From Mobula hypostoma (lineage: Eukaryota), in assembly GCF_963921235.1 (NCBI RefSeq), contig NC_086097.1:52144001-52208000 (forward strand): DNA of 64,000 bases, written 5' to 3'. A model generated the notes under the pieces. That model was not told where the DNA came from and made no database searches. It saw nothing but the letters and a program-made list of their open reading frames with translations. This document shows positions 55,801 to 64,000 of the stretch, piece after piece (position 1 is the first letter of the stretch; every line of letters begins with the position of its first letter). A program made the translations under genes and the position numbers.

Positions 55801-56792
55801 TAGTTTGTTGCTGCAAGATATTTCAAGATGATTTGATTAGATACAAGTGCATATTCGGGTAGTTCTTGATTTCAGAAATATTGAACGAACACTTCCTTTG
55901 TAATTTGTCACACATGAGCACCAATAAATAACATACAGGAAAATAACTGGACAGAGAGTAACGAATGCTTCACAAGGTTCTGGCCAAAGAACTAGATTGG
56001 TGGGCGAGATGAACCTTCTCCTTGGCAGACAATACTACAAACCAACTGGAAATCTGTTCAGTAATGGGCCAAGGCATCATTGCAGGACTGTGATACATTT
56101 CTCTACCAGATTACATAAAATGATAAAGAAAATGCAGCAAGCATCTAGAGTAAAACAAAGAAAGACATAGAAAGTGAGTGAATAGAATCAGAGAAAAGCA
56201 ACTGAACAAACAAGTAAGAAAGCAAGCAGAAGACATTGATCCTCAACTGTTAATAATGCTGGACAGGTTATGGATTATACAAACAGTAATGTTCTTATAA
56301 AATCTCAGCAGTATTTGTTCAATGACGTATATTTAGTTTGTACATCTGATTGTCAGAAAGTCAGATTTCATCTGAAAAGATTCCTTCTGACACCAGCAGT
56401 GATACAAATACAAAAATAGCACAGCGTATCACCAAGGCAGAAAAAGAACTCCAAGAAGAATTTATCACCTGGCCCAGCTGTTCATTTTCTGTGCCTCCAA
56501 GGCTGAGTATTCTTTGATCATAAATCAGATTATTGACAGGTTCCTTAAGATATGAGTTACTTGATTTATTTGGTAGTGGCAAGATTAATGTACGTTGAAG
56601 TATTTCAGGGCATGTCATGCATTTGAATAGAGAATCTTAAGTTTAGTTGAACTTACTTTATGGTTTCAATTCATCACAGTATTGGCAAGAGTTATTCTTT
56701 TAATTGTTTTCAAGAACTTATTGAAAGGTAAATCAATGTTTCCTCAGCCTCCAGCCCAACTCGTGTTTGTGGAAGGCTTTACAATATTTTAA

Positions 56793-56918
<126 letters not shown>

Positions 56919-57593
56919 TAGCCGAGAGCACTCTGTGTTCTCAATGTAAATCTTTGAATCTGCTAGTGCAACCATATCTTTCTATAATTGCAGAATATGG
57001 GAATAAAATTCTATCATTAGCCCATTTTATGTGAAACAGAATGACATTTAAAAATGTGATTGGGTCCTACATTTGTGATATCAGCTGGGTTGATTGATGT
57101 TTTGTCATTTTTACTATGACTGAATATTACTGAGCTCAGCTATAGGTCGAAAACTAACAGAACATCTTTCAGAGGGTCCAGAAATGAAAATTCTTATACT
57201 ATATGCTTTTCTACCTTTGGTTCCACTTCAAAGCTATGCTGTTTACAGTCTCAGTGTTTACAATCTCCATTCTTGGCTCTACCCTGGAGATTGGCCTCTG
57301 CTCAATTCTCTCATTTTCCACAGTTCCTTGGATCTTGCTTCCAACCCTCCAGCTGTTCCCACCCAGCCCACACCAAACTTGTCTCTGTGCCTAACTAGCT
57401 CTCAGCCCCAATTTGTATTACTTTAACATTAAATTATTCACATGATATCTTGCCAAGCTCACCTTAAAGGGTGCTTATTCCAATTAAAGGTCTCTCTTCT
57501 TTTCATGTGATATTTCCCCTCACTGTGTCAATTTAGCTCAAAGCTCACTGTGTTGTTCGTTGTCCTGCCTGTATCCGATTCCTCTGTCTTACT

Positions 57594-57630
57594 TACACAC
57601 ACACATACATACATACATACATACATACAA

Positions 57631-57683
<53 letters not shown>
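57594..57683. repeat. Compound (CA)n/(TACA)n microsatellite
   Basis: Directly visible in the sequence. Confidence 0.97.
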
Positions 57684-57685
<2 letters not shown>

Positions 57686-60600
57686 AATAGAGGGTGTCAG
57701 CAAAAGACAGATGAATTGTTCGCTGGCATTGGTGTTACATATTTAGAAAGGCCATTGAATTTTCTGGCAGGGCCCATCATTTCCTAGCCCTCCCTTGCAA
57801 CTTCCCCAAACTTCCAGACTTCCACTTCTCTCCTCCTCTCGAGCCCACCGGATTACTCGCCTCTCACTGCTCCTTTTATGGACTCCCTCCATTGCTCTGG
57901 TGAAACCAAGCTGAAATACAGGAGCAGAGACGGCCAATTGCAGTCAGAAGGACCCTGTATTACACACTGATCCACAGGGAAACATCCTCCCATTTGAAGA
58001 ATGCTCCCAGGGCAATCTTGAAGAGAGATACAAGCAGGTTAGCATGGTCAGTGGGTATGTTGGATCTAAATCAAAAGCATAATGGGGGAAAGTAGCCAAG
58101 CCCTGGTTTTGACTTTGCTTTGTAAGAGTATTGGAGCAAGCAAAAGCCACCTGTTAGGCTGCTGGTGTCCTTGTCTGCAGATTAATGAATGGGAGCCTAC
58201 GGGTGAGCCTGCTGAAGCTCACACATACACCATGGACTGCAGGATGTAATTTGATACTCAGACTTCCCCATTCAAGCAGATTTCTCGCTGTGGCTTTTTC
58301 ACTGCACCTGGTCCTCTGGGACCTGCCACAGCACGCTTCTGTCAGCAGGCTGATGTCAGACACCAGTGGGATGTGGCCTGACTTAACGACCTCGTCACAA
58401 AATACTGCTGAGGTCACGAGGCACACTCACTGGTGCAATGGTTCAGCAGAAAGCCTAGGTTCCGGAGTTTACTTAATAATTAAATTACTTGCTTTAACCT
58501 TTTTCCATGCCATCATTGAAAGTAAACTGTTTCTTAGTGCCATTGTACCTTGAGGTTGTGCTTTAATCAGTTGGGCCTCAGCATGAAGGACAGATGGTCT
58601 TGAGATACAGGCATGGCTGCTCCAGGCTTGGACACAATGAAAAGCAAGAAGGAGCGGCTGAGAGTATCCATCAGCAAGGGAGGAATATACCACATTGGCT
58701 TGAAAGGAGGCCCAGTGACTGAGAGCCTGCTTTGACAAAGGAACACATTGACTCATAAAATAGGGGTAAATCAGAACAATCCTGACTGGAGGTATTATTA
58801 AAATAATCTTCCACATCTGTGTCCTGAAAAAATTTGTTCTGAAGAAACTAGAATGCTGGACTTAATAGTTGAGAATTCCTATTTTTAAAATTCCCTTCAA
58901 TCACTACCATGTCTGTAATCATTTTGTTCAACCTTTTTTGTCCCTGTAGAATCTAATCTTCCTCTTCAGTTGTTTACTTTGAGGTCTATCCATTTTTCCT
59001 CCAAAATCTGTAGTCCAGCCCAGCCACCTACTTTAACAAAGGACCATCAGTCCATGTACAGTTCATCTGAGGTGATGCCTGCATTATCCCTATGGTGTCT
59101 GCAGCCTTTTGTGTTGCTGTTTGAGAGCTATCAGTGAAATGTCCCTTTATAGAGCTGAGTTAGTACTCGGCTATCAGCAGTGCCTTGTATAACTGTGTTC
59201 AATAATCATTTCTTAAAGTAACACTTGCAGTTATATAACCTACTCTGCTTTGAACTTGTATAAATCTGCACAGCAAGGTCCAGCCCTGACAACACAATGC
59301 AGCTGACAGACAAGCATGGTGCTGCTGTGGTTAGATAAATTGGTCTCCATCTCACAAGAGGCCAAATATCAACTCTTAGACACTTAGAAATGCCTTCCCC
59401 TGGAGCATAACCTCCACCAGTGAGCGTCAGGCCATTGGCTCCCAAACAACCATTAACTCATCTCCTCAAGAGATCTTTCCTCAGCACCCAGCCTTATCCC
59501 ATGCAGTCCAAACAGAATATCGACTTTCCTCCAAACTGTTTGCTATCAGCTCCATGAAGGTTGACATTGCACTGAAGATGCTAACTTACAGTCCAAGCAA
59601 AGTTCTTAATTTAAGACTCTTCAAAATGCTCATTTCAGGTCATCCCACAATAGTCCATCTTCCTGGCTGACCTGATGCTTTCCTTCATAGCTAGTTTTTC
59701 CACTTAATGGTTGTCTGCCCAGCTGCCTCTCCCCAGTGTAACTTTCCACCATGTAGTAATGTAGTAATGGCTTTGCTTGCTGTCTTTTGGCAAAATGTCT
59801 GCAGCTCTTGGTGGCAGATACCCACTGTGGTTTTCAGACAATACTCTCAATATTCTTTTAGCATCATGCAAAATGTACTTCGTTGGTATTAGCAATTTGT
59901 AGCATGGCTCTTCTGAAATGATCAACTTCCCATGCTCCTCTGTGTGATTCTACCACATTTCTTGGTTTTCATCACAGCTTTTTTAAATTTTGTTGTGCAA
60001 CCATAATATCTACTTGCCCAATTTCTGGCTTGGGTCCTCATGGGAAACTCTTAGATTTTGTTACTTTTCAGACCAGGCTTCCCATTGCTCTTCAAGTGGA
60101 CCGGAGAATGGTACCTGTATGTTGCCACCCACACTTTCACTTGTGGAAGGAGCTGTCAGCCGTTCTGTGCTGTGCTTTCTTCTTTCTCTTCAAGTGGTGA
60201 AACAATAAATACTGATCTCTTCTTCATCATGACTAGTTGTTAAAATTGTGGACTGTGGTCCTGGTCTGGTGGTGTCCATGAGCTACAGAATTCTTGTAAC
60301 CTCCTAACTGACCAGTGTGTGCACTTGGGAACCCCAAAGCATGAGATGCTCTTGGAACTCTGAATTTCTCAAAAAAACAGCCTATTAGTCTTAACTCACT
60401 TAGTCCCATCAACATCCATCGTCACTTTCCTGATTCTGGCTCAGCTTGGTAACTGGACCTGTTTGTCCCCCGTAGAAAGCTAACAATTTATCTTCAAAAT
60501 TTGGTGTTGCCAAGTTTCCAGGTCACTCTGTTTTCAAACATGTTTACTAGCTAAAACTTTAGAATTATTTGTCATATTTGACATAGAACAACAAACAGAG

Positions 60601-61754
60601 CACTCGTATCTTAAAAAGTTTTAAGTTTTAACAAGCAAATAGTGGGATGCCATATGTGATACTTCATTTCAACACTGAACTGATTCTGTTGTAAATCTGA
60701 GAGTGAAATGAGATTTAGAGCAGTGAATTATTCACGTATTAGAGGCAAAGGTCAGGCCTGGAATGGCAAAGCAATTCCTTGCTTTGAGAAAATCCTGTCG
60801 GATCTGGAATTCTTCATGCATCAGAGGGTTTTATGTTCTGATTCACTCAAAGATGGACAAAGGCATGAAGTAACTGTTACCCGTGGAGGTTGTAGTTTAT
60901 AAGTAAGGCAGAGTCACAAACAGGACTCTCAAGCTTTTGAGTGAAATTTTGCTTTAAAGGGACACATTTGTCTGGTAAACCGGTCAGTGGAACAGAGAAA
61001 CAGCGAAATGTTAAAATGTGGTCTGCAGCGCCATGGTCTCATCAAGGATCACCACATTGATAGCTAAGTTAAAATTTGCAAAGTGACAATCTGAAGCAAG
61101 GACCTGAGAAATGAAAATTATTTACAAACTACACAGCATGTGAGTGCCCCCAGAATAAACACCCAAATCAACTTTTCCAACAGAGGAATATAACTTCACA
61201 TAATTCCCATGAACCCTGCAATAGAAACAATCATAGGAACAGGAAGAATGTTCCTTAGATTTGTATCTTGTGATATTTGAAGGGTAATTAAATCAAATGT
61301 GTTTATAGTTTTCCTGCCAGTAATAATTAAAGCAATCCCTGCACTCCACCCTGACTAGGCCACAATGAGTTAGTACTTCAAGCACAATGAACCACTTCCT
61401 GCTCTCTTGCAAGGGGAGGGTCACCACTGCCCTTGATATTTATACATCATTAGCCTTCAAGAAGGCAAAGGCAGACATCATAAGAATTGGACACTGCACC
61501 AGAACAAAGCTAAATTGCTGGATTCCATTGGATTAAGAAATAATTTTGTTATATTAATGTGGTTTTGCATTTATTTCCCCTTGGTGTTGTGGAATTTGCT
61601 GAGTTCATGGAAGAATGCTCTTACAGCTAAGTGATTCCAGGGAAGTTTTTAGTTGTATGCCTTGTATTCGTACTACATTAACACGACACCTTATTCATCT
61701 ATGAATTAACACTCCACCCTGCCTCACCCAAATTGAGTTAGAACCTTGTGGAAC

Positions 61755-64000
61755 TTAAGACCATAAGACACAGGAGCAGAGTTAGGCCATTCAGCCCGTA
61801 ATGTGCTCCATTTGATCATAGCTGATTAGATTATGAGGACACTCAGTCCTCGTTTATTGTCATTTAGAAATGCATGCATTAAAAAATGATACAACGTTCC
61901 TCCAGAATGATATCACATAAAAAAGGACAAACCAAGACTAAAACTGACAAAACCACATAATTATAACATATAGTTACAACAATGCAAAAAAATACAATAA
62001 TTTGATAAAGAGCAGACCATGGGCACGGTAAAAAAAAAGTCTCAAAGTCCCAATGGACTCATCATCTCATGCAGGCGGCAGAAGGGAGAAACTCTCCCTG
62101 CCATGCACCTCCAAGCGCCGCCAACTTGCCGATGCAGCACCATTGGAAGCACCCGACCGCAGCGGACTCTGAGTCCGTCCGAAAATGTCGAGCCTTCGAC
62201 GCAACAAGCAAAGCCGAGGACAGGGCCTTCTCCTCCAGAGATTCTGGACCACACAGTGGCTGCAGCAGCAGCGAAGCAGGCATTTCAGAAGTTTCACCAG
62301 ATGAATCATTTCCCCCTCAACCCTATTCATTGGCCTTCTCCCCATAACCTTTCATGCCCTGACGTATCAAGAATCTATCAATATCTGCCCTAAGTACACC
62401 GCTTACTTGGCCTCCACAGCCACTTAGGAATGAATTTCACCGATTCACCACCCTCTGGCTTAAGAAATTCCTTTTCATTTCCATTCTAAGTGGATATCCC
62501 TCTATTCTGAGGTTGTACCCTTCGGTTCTAGACCTCCCCACTATAGGAAACATCCTTTCCACACATGCTGTATCTAGGCCATTGAAACATTCGATAGGTT
62601 TCAATAAGATTCCCCTTCATTGTTTTAAATTACAGCGAGTAGAGGTCCAGAGCCATCAAGCGCTCTTCATAGGACAAGGCTTTCATTCCTGGAATTATTT
62701 TAGTGAACCTCCTTTGAACCTTCTCCAATGTCAACACATCCTTTCTTGGATAAGTGGCCCAAAACTGCTCTCAGTACTCTAAGTAAGGCCTCACCAGTGA
62801 CTTATAAAGCATTACATTCTTGTTTTTTATATTCTAGTCCTCTCCAAATGAATGCTAACATTGCTTTCACCTTTCTCATAACTGACTCAACCTGCAAGTT
62901 AAACTTTAGGGAATCTTTCACGAGGTCCCCAAGTCCCTTTGTACCTTGGAGTTTTGAATTTTCTCCCCAGTTAGAAACTAGTCCATGCTTTTATTCCTTC
63001 TACCAAAGTGCATGACCGTACACTTCCTGACGTTATACTCCATCTGCCATTTCTTTGCCTCCTACTAATCAGCCAGTGCTCCATCCATGCTAGAATCTCT
63101 CCGGCACCTTGTCAAAGGCATTCTGAAAATCCAAGTACACAACATCCATCAATTCTCCTTTGTTTATCCTGCTTGTTATTTTCTCAAAGAATTCCAACAG
63201 ATTTGTCAGGTAAGATTTTCCTTTAAAGAAACCATGCTGACTTCAGCCTGTTTTGCCATCTGCCTCTAAGTACCCCGAATCCTCATCCGTAACAATTGAT
63301 TCTAACATCTTCGCAACCACTGAGGTCAGACTAACTACCTTATAATTTTATTTCTTTTGCCTCCCGCCCGTCTTGAAGAGTGGAGTGACATTTGCAATTT
63401 TCCATTCCTCTGGAACCATTCCGGAATCATGGTTCTTAAAAGATCATTATTAATACCTCCACAATCTCCTCAGCTACCTTTTTCAGAACCCTGGGATGTA
63501 GTCAATCTTGTCCAGGTGATTTGTATACCTTCAGACCTTTCAATTTCCCAAGTATCTTCAGAATAGCAACTACACTCACTTCTGTCCTCTGACGCTCTAG
63601 AGCTTACAACATTCTGCTGGTATTTTCCACAGTGAAAAATGATACAAAATACTTAATTCAGTCCAACTGCTATTTCCCTGTTCCCCTTTACTACCTCTCC
63701 AGCATCATTTTCCAGTGGTTGGATATCTACTCTGGGCTCTCTTTTACTCTTTATATATCTAAAAAAAATTTTGGTATCCTCTCTTTGATGATATTGGCTA
63801 GCTTACCTTCATATTTCATCTCTTCCTTTATAGGATTTTTTAATTGTCTTCTGTTGGTTTTTAAAAGCTTCCCAATCCTCCAGCTTCTCACTAAGTTTTG
63901 CTGTATTATATGCCCTCTGTTTGGCTTTTTTGACTTCTCTTGTCAGCCACTGTTGTGTTACGCTCCCTTTAGAATAATTCTTCTTTGGGATGTACCTATT
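61755..64000 (-). mobile_element. Decayed CR1 (tail TAAGACCA at the left end) running past the window end
   Basis: Reverse-complement RT/UTR motifs (KSYLTNLLEF, DFQNAFDKVP) homologous to 40530-42912. Confidence 0.85.
61828..62302 (-). mobile_element. Unclassified GC-rich non-autonomous retro-insertion within the CR1 3' UTR
   Basis: The CR1 UTR breaks at about 61827 and resumes at about 62303. The insert has a minus-strand AATAAA followed by a GAGGAC/GTCCTC hairpin near its 3' end. Confidence 0.55.

Overview
This is eukaryotic (vertebrate) genomic DNA. The repeat landscape (dense CR1, V-SINE-like SINEs, Penelope-like palindromes) suggests a cartilaginous fish such as a ray; that assignment is inference. 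The window lies inside one + strand gene, FRMD6 (Willin, a FERM-domain Hippo-pathway protein). Ten consecutive coding exons (5760-56909, 1370 nt) splice through GT-AG introns into one uninterrupted frame; the N-terminal exons and the last exon lie outside the window. The introns are packed with often nested mobile elements: several CR1 LINEs (one near full-length with ORF1 esterase, EN and RT remnants), Rex1/L2-like and RTE fragments, an RLE-encoding Hero-like non-LTR element, pogo/Tigger, mariner and hAT-like derivatives, a probable solo LTR and tRNA-derived SINEs. The two most notable signals are (i) a family of short TSD-flanked Penelope-like insertions carrying minimal hammerhead ribozyme motifs, with one intact-core copy in a 91-bp inverted repeat, and (ii) a near-identical inverted CR1 pair bracketing a 291-nt phase-0 exon block, a circRNA or exon-skipping candidate. 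I found no prokaryotic operon, CRISPR array, rRNA or true tRNA gene. Most ORF-track entries are noise or TE fragments.
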